In this document: in pieces, positions 1 to 12,966 of the stretch
Layout: every line of letters begins with the position of its first letter
Position numbering within the stretch: the stretch's first letter is position 1
From: the human T2T-CHM13v2.0 reference genome, Homo sapiens
Direction: 5' to 3' (one strand)
Length of the DNA: 64,000 nt
Assembly (NCBI RefSeq): GCF_009914755.1
Contig: NC_060947.1
Made by a program: the position numbers and the translations under genes
The notes under the pieces: model-generated
What the model was told of the DNA's origin: nothing
Database searches by the model: none
What the model saw: the letters and a program-made list of their open reading frames with translations, nothing else

Positions 1-2260
1 GGCTGGAGTGGGGTGCCTCACAATCCCAAAGAGCTCTTTGGCAAATATTTTGCAAAACCAAAGAGCCCTTCACAATGTGTCTGTGATATCAAGTCCCATG
101 TTTGAATATAGGTTTTCATTAAAGAGAGAAAGACAAGCCTTTTGAAAGAGCAGTTTCTCCTGGGAGAACAAATCTCATTCAGGACACGTGTGCAGGTCGT
201 GGCTCAGGCTCCATCTGCTCACAGCAGGGATCTCTGGCTTGTGGCTGGTAAAAGTGTGAGGTCTTCTGGCCTCTGCATGGGGGGGCTAAAAGACAACCTT
301 AGCTCCCCTGGGTCAGTCCACAGGAATTAGTTGCCAGTAACACACAATTCCAGGTAAGACCCAGGGCTCCCTTAGAACCTCCTGGACTTTTTATTTGGCT
401 ACCACTCATGGAACAATCTGAGGAGTGTGGAAATGAAAGGGCCTTGGAGGTGGGATGGGCAGGGCTGATCCGATGACTAATGTGTGTCCTTGAAGACCTT
501 GGCAGGGTTGGGTGTCTCCCTCAGGCTGGAAATGATGATTTGTGGGTCGGGGAGTTTGGATTTTATGACCTGAACCTTTAGCCTTTCTGGGTCCTGGGAG
601 AGAGGCGAAGAAAGAGGAGAAGTTGCCAGAGGCAGTTAACGTTTGGCCTTGGTTTGATTTGTTCCAGTTGTTTTGCAGCTGCCCCTCAGTCTGTTGTCAT
701 CGATCCTGGAGGGTCCCTGGACACCCCACTCCCAAGCTGGAGTCAGGGCTATGGGCAGGAGAGAGCAAGAAATAAAACAAGGATGAGGACCCTGTCTTCA
801 GAAGACAGGAAGGAGGGTGTAAGGAAAACTACAGAGATGCAGAGAACAGAGACCTGTACATATTCATGGCATCTGCTCAGGGGAGCCCTGGTACATAGAG
901 CCTTTGGAGTTCAGTGGAGGGAGAGAGGGAAGGCTTACTGGAGGAAGGGGTCTTCCTATGACTACTCAAAGGGCAGACGTAGGCAGTTTGAGAAGAAGGG
1001 AAAAGGCACTGGAGCTGGAGAAATGGCTTGTGGGGAGGAGACATGGAAGGTTCTGGGCCTGACAAAGAGCAAGTAGGAGCAGAGGACAGAATTGAAGAAA
1101 GGGAGGTGGGGAGGGGATGGGTCAGAAGCCACTGAAGCTGACGATAAGGACGGCTCCAAGCCAGGGGAAGATCAGGATGGAGATTCATACAAATATAGAT
1201 GAAAACAGAATCCTTGTTTTCCCACAACTTGCAAATGAGTCTCTGAAGGTTTTTTTTGTTTGTTTGTTTGGGTTTTTCTTTTTCTTTTTCTTTTCTTTCT
1301 TTTTTTTTTTTTTTTGAGTAGAATCCATGTTATTGAGTAATCCAGGAAATTAAAGAAATAAAAATAGAAATAAACCCTTGGAGGGAGGCACCATCCAGGC
1401 CTCTGCTGGATAGTAAGGGTCTAAGTTGCACACCTACAGGCTTTTCCTCCACCCAGACAATGTTTCTCTTCTTTCATAACATCAATCCTACAGCTGGGGG
1501 AAAGGGGTGATTTTAAAAACCACTCAGAGAGATAAATCTTGTAATACAAACTGCTGAACAGCTGGCCCTTTAAAGCATAGAACAGCCATTTAGCCATTAA
1601 TCCATCCCTTTAAAATGCAGAACCATCCCACCCCACCACACACACACACACGCATGTACACACATACACATGCATGCACACACACAAACGCTGGCACAAA
1701 GAGTAGTTCAATTTCATCTGGTGCAGTTACAGCTGCTGCTCCTGTACTTTTTATGTTCACAGATACAGCCCTGGCTCCAGGTTTAAATAGTTAACACCAG
1801 CAACAGGAAGCAGGGGAGGGGAAGGAAAGAGAAGCAACAAATTCTAGCTGACTTTTCACCAAATTCCTCCCCAGGTGCTGCCTCTGAGCCTGGATCCTGA
1901 GGCAGCAGAACCTGGTGCAGCAGTACCTGGTGCTTTTCCCAGATCCTCCTGCCTTCCCCAGACTTCTTGCTCTCCTGGGGACAGTCTGCAAAAGCAGCTG
2001 CTCCACAAGGTCCCGCAACCCACTTTAAAGGGCGGACACTCACCAGATCAACCTCCCAGGCCCAACTCTGCTGTTTCTTCTCCATTTTATTCACAATGGT
2101 CACCTTGGGTGATCTACATCACATGTCATCCTGCGTCCTGATTGTACCTGATAGACTTTGATGAGGCCATTCTCTCTGTACCTCCCTTCTTGCCATCTGA
2201 GTAGCCTCTTCGTATTGCAGTTTGTGACCTTCCTGAGAGGCAAAGAAAATTAAGCCCCAT

Positions 2261-2264
<4 letters not shown>

Positions 2265-2298
<34 letters not shown>
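2265..2298. repeat. (CA)n microsatellite
   Basis: About 16-17 perfect CA units. Confidence 0.95.
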
Positions 2299-2300
<2 letters not shown>

Positions 2301-2331
2301 AACTGTGACTGACAGATTTGAAAGAGTAGGG

Positions 2332-2422
2332 TGTGTGTGTGTGTGTGTGTGAAAGAGAGAGTGAAAGAGAAAGACAGAGGGAAGGGACAGGAAGGAAAAG
2401 GAAGGAAGGAAGGAAGGGAGGG
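2332..2422. repeat. (TG)n followed by a GA-rich polypurine tract
   Basis: About 10 TG units, then gaaagagaga...ggaaggaaggaagggaggg. Confidence 0.9.
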
Positions 2423-3069
2423 AATCAAATGAGTAACTGTTTGGGGTGGGATGAATTGGTTAGCTGTTAGGTGTAAGAAAATTAAGGCCATTAGCTATTT
2501 TCGATTTTTTTTCTGTCACGTTTTGGGGAGCTATGAGTGTTCCACGAAACCTGCAAACCTCTGCCTAGGGAGATTGCCTGGAATTCTCTCCCGCCTGCCC
2601 TTTCAGTGGGTAATAATAACGGGAGAATTAGTGAGCAGACAGATGCTGCCCGCACTGGTGCACAGCACTCGGCATTGTATAATAATGAATATATTTTCAA
2701 CAGCTGATTCAATGGCTGTTTCTTAAAATAATAAAGTTAATTTTGCTGGGCGATCCTTTATTTTTTTAAACCTGAGCATCACAAAAGATGGAAGCTGAAA
2801 TCATCTCTGATTCTTTCACTAACAATGGTTTCAGTATGATACTTGGAAAAACAAACAAAAAAATTGTGTTCTGCAGGGAGCCAGAAATACGCAAAACCTG
2901 GTATGTTCTTCCAGCATCTGGTTGTCCAGTGATTGTTACTTTGTTTTCATCTTAGTCGGCAGTCAGACAGGATCCTTTAACAGTGGGACATTATTATCAT
3001 TATTTACTTAAAATCTGGGTAGGGTTTTACAGTTTTTATGGTGTGGTCACCACAAGATGTTATCTCAAT

Positions 3070-3385
3070 AATAGTCGTAGTAGCTGTAATGGTACATTGA
3101 GTACCTACTATGTGGCAGTCAGTACACTAGGTGTTTTTCATATATTATTTTAAATCCTCATATAAACACTGCAAGGTCTTAGGTTGAACTACATGGAATT
3201 GCTGTTTCTGTAGATCAGAAACTCAAATATAGTCAATTTCATTGGTTCAAGTTAATGTTATTTCTCCATTTTATAATGAAACAGTCTCAGAGATGTTAAG
3301 TAACTGACACATGGTCACCCAGCAAGTAAGGGCAAAGCTGAAGTTTCGTCCCAGGCCTGCAGAGACTAAGGGCTCTGCTCTACTC
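3070..3385 (-). mobile_element. MIR (split by MADE2)
   Basis: ttgagtacctactatgtg...tctcagagatgttaagtaactgacacatggtcacccagcaagtaag. Confidence 0.7.
3179..3255. mobile_element. MADE2-like mariner MITE inside a MIR
   Basis: Imperfect inverted termini ttaggttgaactacatggaattg ... caatttcattggttcaagttaa, ~77 bp. Confidence 0.7.
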
Positions 3386-3841
3386 CACCTCGGTGCAGTT
3401 TGGTTCAATGGGCATTATTATTATCTCCAATTACATCCAGGGACATCAAGGCTTAGAAAAAGAAAATGACTCGCTCCAGGTTATACACTCAGGAAGAGGC
3501 AAGACAAGACTCAAACCCCACATCTTAGGGGGAGCTCATTAATCTTTCCCATTTTGCAATGCAAACCCAAGGATAGGATAAGCTCCAAGCAGAATTGCAA
3601 TGACAGAATATCTGGCGCCTTTCTGTCTGGCAATCAGCGACCTGTGTTGCACCTAGTTCTCATATCCCCGCAACATACCCCATACTCCCATCCCATCCCT
3701 CACCTAGGGGATTATCCTGAGTTCCTCTCCCACATTTTATTCATAACTTGTTCATTCATGTTGTGAATCCACTCCCTCCTGAAGCCCTGGACCTTTGCCA
3801 CCCTGGAGTGGTGGCATTTTAATGGAGGAAGTTTGGGGCAC

Positions 3842-4306
3842 TGTCTTAGTTTGAGTTCCCCGAGAAGCAGATCTTCTAACAAAGATTTGAGTGTAAGTAG
3901 TTCAATTGAAAGTGGATTTCAGGGCGCACTGATAGAGGGATGGAGACAGGGAAAGAAAGAACACCCACATAAGGTGTGTTATCAAACAAGTGAAAACTGT
4001 GGGAGATGAAATCTCAATCCTGCTGAGGACTTCTGGTTGGCAGTATAGAACATGTCCCAGAGGTATCCCACTTAAGGGATGAAGAAACTTAGGTACTCAT
4101 CTGTCGACCCCACTGGTTGAGGACTGCTTCCCAGGATATAAAGTCTCTGGCACTTCCAGCTCATCTTGTTTGAGGCCTAAACATGCTCCTGTGACCAGAA
4201 TAAAAGCCCTCAGGCAGAGCTCAGCAGGTGTTCAGTGTAAGTGCCTGCAGGATACAGGAGAGAATGCCAAGGGGAGGAAGGGAGGGTAGCAATAGTGTCT
4301 GCTGCA
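3842..4306 (-). mobile_element. ERVL LTR16-like solo LTR
   Basis: TGTCTTAGTTTGAGTTCCCCGAGAAGCAGA...gtgtctgctgCA. Flanks GGCAC and GGCAG (4/5 TSD match). Confidence 0.75.
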
Positions 4307-5167
4307 GGCAGCTGAACATCATCTGAACTTACAAGAATGAGTCTGTAACTATTAAACTCAAGGACACCTCTAAGCTCAGGGGCAGGCAGTTGGGTTGGGA
4401 CATCTTGAGGCATGGGCTCCAGTACAGTTTACCTGGCACTCCTAAGGTGAGCCCTAACCAAAGTAGGGTTTTCAGAATTTCTCTCTCTCCTTTCTCCAGA
4501 GCCCCTCATTCACAAATGTGAGAATTCTCTGCAATCTATCTTCTTCCTGTTCTGTGAGTCAACTCTAAAAGCCATGATTTTTCAGCCCCATGTTACCCCT
4601 TGAGGTCACCTTCACCCTAGCAAAATTGGTGATTCCTTGAGGAGGCTGGGAGAAGGCACCTTGCAAGTTTCACAACTTGATTGGTGGTGGAATTTTTTTC
4701 TCCCTCTTCCCATATTTAATGTGGCTCTAATTCTGACTTCATTGCAGAGCGGTGAAATCAAATTAGGAAATGGGAGGAGATGAGCAACCCCTTCAAGCAC
4801 AATCAACTTCTGATGGCTTCCCCAAAGCTCTAATGAATCTGCATAGACTTCCAGTAATAGAAGGCTGTTTCTTCGCAGCACTTTGTTTTTCTCCATTTCT
4901 AAAGAGAAAACAAGCCAGAGTATAGGTACGCAGGGAGTCAATGCAACAAGGTTGGTGGAAAGCCTTGGCTTTTCACAGCTGAGTGGGAAAGCCTTGGAGG
5001 AGGGCAAGTAGGCTGATTAAAAGAAAGAGAAAACATGAGCAGCATCAACAACATCCAACCATCATGGTGGGTCTGTTATGTATAAGCCAACATGCTAGAT
5101 ACTGTGTGGGAACAAAGAGGTAGAAAACAATTCCTGACCTCAAATGGCTAGCAGGCTGTTTGCTCAG

Positions 5168-5330
5168 AGCCTTGCTACTCAAAGTGTGAAAGAGCAGCAT
5201 CATCATCACTGGAGAGCTTGTTCGAAATGCACAGTCTCCAACCCCCTACCCAAGACTTACTGAATCAGAATCTGAATTTTAACAAGATCCTCAGGAAATT
5301 CCTATGTGCAATAATGTTTGAGATGCACTG
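5168..5330. mobile_element. MER5-family hAT DNA transposon
   Basis: tgctactcaaagtgtg...cagcatcatcatcactggagagcttgttcgaaatgca...tactgaatcagaatctgaattttaacaagatcc. Confidence 0.8.
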
Positions 5331-5741
5331 ATCCAAAGGATTCCAGGTCTGATCATATCACATACACGCTCAGAACTACATCCTGATCTTATCTTAACTT
5401 CCCATCCTCAGCTTTTATCATTCCCCACCATACCTTGGAATCTTATGCTCTAGTCTTATGATTGCATCATGTCCTTCCATCCATCCTCACACTGTATCCT
5501 CCAGCAGCAATGCCCTAACCATCCTCCATGCCTATCAAAAATTCTCATGGTCTTCATGCCCAGATATCTTCTTTGTGAAGCCTGACCCAATCCCCCAATA
5601 GAAATGTGTCATTACTATTCATTAGTCACTGATTGACTTGATTATGTTTACATGATTACATCTAGCATAACGGTTAAAAAGATGAAATTAGACCCTGATC
5701 ATCCTCACTTTGAACCCCAGTTTCACCAGTTTTAATCTATG

Positions 5742-6246
5742 TGTGGTAGATTAGATCACTATTTTCAGTTTTTCACTCTCTTTCTCTATTCAAATTATAC
5801 CCACAGCCTTCTCTATGTGACTTTGCAGTTTCTCCTACTTGATTGGGTGTAAAATATTTCCCTGCCCATTGACGTTGGTCTTGGTTATGTGACTTGAATT
5901 GGTTAATAGACTATGGGTGATAGTGACAATGTGTGAGTTCTGAGCCTAGGCCTTAAAAGGCCTTAAATGGTATTATATGTCTCTAGTTGTCCCTTGGTGC
6001 TTCTACTGTAAGTATGATCAGGACATGCCCAGGTTAGCTATTAGGTTGAAGGAAGATGAGATATACATGAAACCGATTTGAACTCAACCTGCAACCAAGC
6101 CAAGGTGACACACGTCTTGAAGCAGAACTGCCCCAGTAGACCCACAGACCCATGCTAAATAAAAAACAAGATGACTTATGGTATGTCACTGAGCTTTGTG
6201 GTGGTTGGTTGCAAAGCATTATTTGTGGGACTACATAGCTGATACA
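5742..6246 (+). mobile_element. MaLR solo LTR (MLT1 family) inserted in a MIR
   Basis: TGTGGTAG...GCTGATACA termini. Perfect 5-bp TSD CTATG at 5737-5741 and 6247-6251, with MIR sequence on both sides. Confidence 0.85.
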
Positions 6247-8913
6247 CTATGCCTCTGAGCCACAATTTTCCCATCTGTATCATAGATATGTAAATATATA
6301 CCTCATATTGCTGTTGGGATGATTAAAATGTGTTAATGCATGTTAACCGAGTTCATAGTAGGCTTGATAAATAGGAGGTAACCTATTTTATATTATTATT
6401 ATAATGTCTTCCCACTAGACTGAAGACATTTTGTGGGTAAAGTCTGTCTTAGCTATCTTTTTATCCTCTCCAATACCCACTGGGCTCCTAGAAGGCACTC
6501 ATTCAATAAACAGAACCAAACACTAATATAGAAAGTTATTCTTTTGCTTCAGCAGTTCTTGCCTTGTAAATCCTTACTCAACCTATAGTGGTGAGCCCAA
6601 ACTTATCACAACACTGATGAAACCTCCAAGATTGAGGGCCTTTTGTTTAAAACAATGGTTATAGCAGGGCTTGGGGGTATTTTGTTGAGTTTTGTGTGTA
6701 CTTTAAAAATCTGATAGTATTTTGATTTGTTTCTCAATTAGAAATGCTACACTTAGAATTTCATGGAAAGGAAGCATTTTATCTTCAAAGGAAGTTGTGA
6801 GGAATATGGAAACAACTGACCCCTCTGCCTTCCAACTTCAAGTGCAAGCCTTAAGTGAATTCTTCATCTAGTCTGAAGTTTAACCTCTGAAAAGCTGGTT
6901 ATGGGGGTGGGAGAGAGTGATGACTGGGGCAGGACCTGGTGGCATCTGTCTCTTTAAGAAACAGAAATGAAACCTAATTAGCATAGACTGGCTGCAATTA
7001 ACATATAAGTCCCAGTTCTGGGAGTTGGAGGAAGGGAAAAGGATAGAGCTAAAACTTAATGGGGTTTTGTTAGACAAAATTAGCTTCCACAGAACAGCCA
7101 TAAAAATATCTAAATTATGAGAGCCTCTTGCCATTTGCCATTAACACGAGGGGACATGCTAATATTTAGTGGCGCCATGTCCTGGAAATTAACTGCAGTG
7201 AAAGAAGCCCCAGAGGCATCCCTGTGAGCAATAAGGGCTTGTCCACTGTCTCTACTGCTACCAAACTGCTTGACTAAATGCTTTGCAGAAACTTAGAACC
7301 TACAAATCACACATGGCTCAGCCAGTCCTTTGGCAGTGGTTCCAGAACTGTAGGATGATACCTCCATGAGTGATATATGGAAAGCTGAAGTCTCTTTGTA
7401 CAGTCTCTGAATTTGGGGACTATTTTCCTCAGAAGAAGATTCCTAAGGCTGCTTTGTGGACATGTGAAGATACTTCCAATTATTTCTCCAGCCTTACACC
7501 CTCCAAGAAAATCAGCCCATTTGCTTTTTGTATAGTATCAAACCAACTAGTATGAGTTTCCTTGTAAACTCCTCCCATGGTTTTACTTCTTGACTCTCCT
7601 AGGGGAAAAAATATTAAACCATCATCTTCTATTTTCTGCTCCTGAAAGTCACCGATGATCACCCAAACATATGCAGGACGTTTTTTATAGTCCTTCGTCT
7701 CCCTGACCCCCATTTCATTAGACATAGTTGACCAGGCCCTCCTGCTTTGGTTTCCATATCACTTTTCTCTGAAGCTTTTTCTCTTTGCCCTTTCTCTTTT
7801 AGTAGATTACCTATCTTCTTTCACATTTACAGGAATTGCTCACAGCTCCTGGTCTCTGCCTTAGGGTCTTCTCTTGCTATTCCCTTTGAAAACAATTACT
7901 CATTATTTGCTGGTGTCTACCCTCACTTCTAGTAATATCACTCATATCTGAACCTTTACCCTAACCATTAGTCCTTTGTTTCAAACTTCCAGCAGAACAA
8001 CTACATTTGGAGTTCTTACTTTCACTTCCAATTCAGCCTGTTCTTCCCCCTGTTCATTATCCTTGCCTATTTTATGGAGGTGCTTGTTATTTCTTCCTTA
8101 CTTTTCATCTGCTCTTTACAATTCTGGTGAGTTCACCCTATAAGCTTATCATTCTCATCCTCCCCAACAGTCAATTAGATCAGGGTCCATGAACACCTAA
8201 TCCAGGGGCTCATCTACTGTGGGGCTGCTAGCCTATCCGATTCTCTCTCTTTCAAGAAGTTGAGCTGAATGGAGAACCAGAGCATACTGGAATGGCAGGG
8301 TGAAGATCCATAAAATTTTGCTTCTGAGATTTCCAAGCTTAGTCTCTTTCTTGCCCTTTCTACGGCTTGGGTTGCCAGTTTTCCCTTGAACTCTGAAAGA
8401 CATCCTGATTCTTCCAGTAAATCACTCTTTAAGTGAGTTTTACAATTTTATTTTTTTGCATCCATGAAGTTTCTGACTGAATCGTACTGGATTTTCCTGC
8501 CCTTCCTGACTTTTCTTTTGATAACTTTGGCATCATTGTTTTCCCAGGCTCCAGAAAGATACACTTTGAGGCATCTTTGAGACCATTCTTGCCTACTCTA
8601 TAGCTTATCTGTCTTAATGTCTTACTATGTTTTTCCTCTGAAATGCCCCTGACATTTTGGATCCTCCCTTATCCAAGACCTAAGCCAGGCTGGGCTTCTC
8701 CACTCTAAGCTTAACTCCTCCAATCTATCATTTATTTATGCTTAAAATATTGCTGTTATCATACTATTGCTCTGTCAAAGAACATCAGAGTTCTTTATGG
8801 TCTTTTGCTCCTCCTTTATGGTCTTTAAGGCCCTCTGCTTATCTTGACCACCCAATTTATTTAAGTCCCTTTCAGGTAAATTTATTCTACATACAAACTT
8901 AGCTATTCTCCAA

Positions 8914-9442
8914 TGTATCAGTTAACTTTAGTTGCATAACAAAACATCCTGAAATTTAGTGGTTTAAAGCAGTACCCATTTTATTTAGCCCTCAATTCTG
9001 TAGGTTAGCTAATCTGAATTGGCTTGGCTGGGCTTTGCTTGGCTTGTTCCTGCATCTGCATTTGGTTGGTGGATTGACTGGGAGCTGGATGGTCAAGAAT
9101 GATCTCCCTTATATGTTTAGTGGTTGGCAGGCTGTTGGCTAGGGTGTCTCAGTTCTCTTCCATGTAGCCTCTCAAATAGATTAGTGCAGGCTCATTTAGG
9201 TGGTGGTATCAAGGTTCCAAGTACAGCAAGAAGACAAGCCCCAATGTATAAGTCTTTTTCAAACCTCTGCCTGTGTCTTTTTGTTGATGGCCCATTGGCT
9301 AAAGCAAATCACATAGACAACCCAGATTCAAGGGGTAGGGAAATAGATCTCATCTCTTGATGGGAGGATCTGCAATGTCACCTCACAAGGAAGTGGATAC
9401 AGAATAGGGAACAATTTGTAAGCATTTTTATAATCTACCACA
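8914..9442 (-). mobile_element. MaLR solo LTR (MLT1H-like)
   Basis: TGTATCAGTTA...ttgcataacaaaacatcc...ttagtggtttaaagca; ends taatctaccaCA. Confidence 0.8.
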
Positions 9443-10871
9443 CTGAGCAGGAACTATGAGTTCGACTCAGTAGTATACTCTTCTTGTTCATTCTGCCATG
9501 GGAATATCCCCCCACCTTGCTCTTTTCCCTTAAATCAGATTCTTCTCACCAAATGTTAGGTTAACTTGCCTCCTTTTTTAACTCTGCTTTAAGAAACCCC
9601 AAACAACCAGTTCTCTGCCATTTCAGCTCTCTGTGTCCTCACTTACTTTTTGCCATCTTCTGATCATTTCTTAAATTCATAATTTCATCTTCTGAATTGA
9701 AATATGAATTTTCCAAGGAATAATTTTCTTATCTTTAGTCATGAAATGTGCATTTATACTTTTAATATATATTTACTTTCATGTCTAATGCAGTGTTCAG
9801 CATCTGGGAGGTGCCAAATAATACTTGTTGGTTATTTAATATCTAAGAATATCTCAGAATTCTCCTAAAAGCCATTTTTCTCTTAAATTCATTTAAGTTA
9901 AAAAATAAATATATGCCTTCAGCAGTCATAAGAAGGTGGTTGGGAAAGCTCTGATAGTTTAATCAGTTCAGCTTTCTGACTGAAAGGTGGGAATCACAGC
10001 TCCAACTGGAATGGTCCTCCTTACCTTGGGCCCAGTAAAACCTTGTGTGTCTCCTGGGAGAGTTTTCTTTAGCTCTCTAGCCACATGCCTACATTTAAAA
10101 GCCCTTAGCTCTCATTCTGTAGGCTTAACACCATACTGCATGGCTGGAAATCAGCATCTTTCTCAGTCATGACATGTCCTTTGAGAAAATTCCATGAAAG
10201 ATGCCAGTTTTCTAGGACTCAACAATGACAGCTTTTATGGCTACAAGGAGTGGCGTGGGATGGGAAATACTCTTTTCCTACTGGCTGTAACTTTCTCTAG
10301 TTCCCCCTCTCAGGCAGTTAGGGCTTCCTACTCTATGTTGTCAAGGATGTCCATAGACAGGTGTTGGCATAGAACCTGCCTTACAAAGGCCTCTGCCCCA
10401 GCCACACCTGGACTCTCCTTGCCTTCCCAGACTTGGCTTTCCAGGACCTGGTTTGCCCAGTGTGTTGATACTGGAGCATGTTCATCTCTTGGGATGCATG
10501 CCAGGCCTACTCTTGGAAATACATTCTGAAACTTGATAGGTATCCTCTTCTCTCATTTCCCTTTCAGAGAATTTGAAGGGGAAACCAGGAAGCGCTGGTC
10601 ATATTTAGCCACTGATTTTGTTTTCAAATGCTCTCAAAAACAAAACAACCAACCAAACAGACAAATAGTACCAAACACCAAAACAAGGCTTAACTTCTGG
10701 ACCATATCACCTTGTGGTGATATGGGGTTATGGATCAAGCTCAGAGATGCTCTGCTGCTTGTAATCCTCACACTGGATTTTCATATTAAAGGCTCTTTCT
10801 GTTGATATAAGAAATTATATGCTTCTGGAAAGATGGAGAAAGGTGGAAGAGGAATGTGCATGTGTACATTT

Positions 10872-10897
10872 GTGTGTGTGTGTGTGTGTGTGTGTGT
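10872..10897. repeat. (TG)n microsatellite
   Basis: About 13 TG units. Confidence 0.95.
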
Positions 10898-11429
10898 AAA
10901 GAAGAATAGCTGATTTCCCAGTTTAAGAAATTTCTCAGCTGTGGGACAAGATTTGCATGTCCTTCTGCGTCGCAGAGACTTGGGATGTTTGCAGCACGTC
11001 GTTGGGGTGCCTGCGTCTCAAATCACTGGCTCTGTGCAGCCTTGATGAGGCGCCCGATTTACATATTCTCAATTTAATCTAAAGTAGGTACTAATTGATT
11101 ACTGCTGAATGTCTGCACGCTCTGATTATCTGTTTGGATCCTGAGGGGGGTGGGGGAATAGCAAGGGATCTTTCTTCTATGACTGGGACTTTGGTTTTTT
11201 CTGATCCAAGGAACACTTATTTGCTAGGCCTGGGAGACCCAGCAAACCACCCTCCAGCCTCTCCCCACCTTCACCCCCAATTGCTGAAAATAATTATCAA
11301 TCACCAGCTCCAGCACTGGTTCATTTTATGTTGTAGGATAAACTACTCTCTATTGCGTTTTTCAGTATTTATCAAACAAATATTTTGGAAATGTTTCCCA
11401 AGTGTATTAATTTGACCTAAAGGCAGGAT

Positions 11430-11660
11430 TCCTTAGGGCTTGAGAACATGGGCTCTGGAGCCGAATTGCTGAGTCTAACCCAGGTTCTACCACTTACTAG
11501 ATATGTGGCTTTAGGCAAGTTGCTTAGCCTCTCTGTGCCTCAGTTTAGCCATCTGCAAAACGATATTAATAGCAGTCCTAACCCAACGGGGTCAGTGTGA
11601 AGATTAAATGAGTTGAGACACATGAAGTACCCAGTGCTGCATCAATCCACTGCATAGTGC
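11430..11660 (+). mobile_element. MIR
   Basis: ttctaccacttactag...ggcaagttgcttagcctctctgtgcctcagttt...catctgcaaaa. Confidence 0.8.
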
Positions 11661-12130
11661 ATAGCTCTATTTCTTCAGAGCTCTGTGGAGGGCTTGCTTG
11701 GGGGAGGCAGGCAAAAATTTTGATTAAAGCTTCCTTTGGGGAGTTTTAGGGTCTTCAGTCATCCTTGCTTTATCTGTCCTGTGTCATCTAAGGTATCAAC
11801 AATGGCAGGGAGTAGGTATAACAAAGTGTAGACTTTGTTACAGTGGGGTATTGTTACCTTCTGGAAAAGCTTTTCCTGTTAGTTGGAGTTAATGAGCAAA
11901 AAGGAGGAAAGGGAAGCTAAAGGTGGTGGGTCAGTGAACATTCGTTGGATACCTTCTGTATGTTGGGCTCTATGTTGGTACTGGTGACACAAATAAAAAA
12001 GTCTCTTTTCTAAAGGAGTTCACTGTGAGTGGCACCACTCCAATCGCAGTAGTACGGCACACTGCCTCTGCTATCACTCCTCAGGCATTTATTTTAGGTC
12101 TCATCCCCGCAGCTGAATTGCGTGTCTGAT

Positions 12131-12342
12131 TTATTTTCTTTCTATTGATGTGTGACACACACGCAGGAAAAATGCACAAGTTGTAAGTGCACAGCTCCAT
12201 GAGTCATCAGAGTGTGAACACACCGTGTAAGCAGCACCCAGATCAAAACACAGGATGTGACGGGCCCCTAGAAGCCCCTCTCCCACTTTGTGTTCCCTCC
12301 CAGTCATTACCTTTCCCCAACAGCGAGTCACCTTCCTGACTT
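12131..12342 (-). mobile_element. L1ME-like 3' end fragment
   Basis: aaaaatgcaca...taagtgcacagctc...gtgaacacaccgtgtaa...cacccagatcaa...agaagcccct. Confidence 0.65.
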
Positions 12343-12966
12343 AAAGACTGCTCTGCACAGAGTCCCACCTTCAGGTTTCTTAGCTGGGTGCTGGTCCCCA
12401 GCTGAGAGAAGCTCCGAGAGCCAAGCTGAGAGATGTGATGAGATCAGGCATGATGGGAAGTGCCTGGACCATTATGATACTGGTCTAGCACTTGGCGCCA
12501 TGTCTGTGTGGCTCCATTTAAGCCCACTTTGACTTTTTCAAAGGAAAACCATCCTTGGCTGCTCTGTAACAGAGCCAGCACCAGGCAGAGCAAACGCAGC
12601 CTTCCTGTTTGTATGAACAGGCCCCAATCCAGAAATTTGTCTCCAGCCTATCCAGTGCAGGGCCAGGAACTTCCTCACTTGGCTGGCCTGGCTCCTACAA
12701 CCTTTTATGAAGATGGGCATATTAGCAGAAGAAGGCCCTCTTATACCTTGAAGTGGTGAGCATTAGCCAGGAAATAGCTTAGCAGGGATGAGTATAGTTA
12801 ATGCTCTCTGGGTTTTTCTCTCTCATGTGGAGAGTTCAGGATCTTGGGAGAATGGGAAACAGATGGGTAGGTTTTGCTAGGACCATCCAGGACATTGCAG
12901 TCGGGAATTTTGACCAGTCATGAAGGGAGATCCTCTGAGGGAACTGAGAGAGAATAGCAAAGTAAT

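Noticed and set aside
654-1076. 140-aa ORF as a host gene
   Set aside because: It has a non-ATG start, no recognisable homology and overlaps purine-rich decayed L2-like sequence.
7150-7185. p53 response element or CTCF site
   Set aside because: The half-sites are imperfect and widely spaced, and the CTCF-like core lacks the upstream CC and correct spacing.
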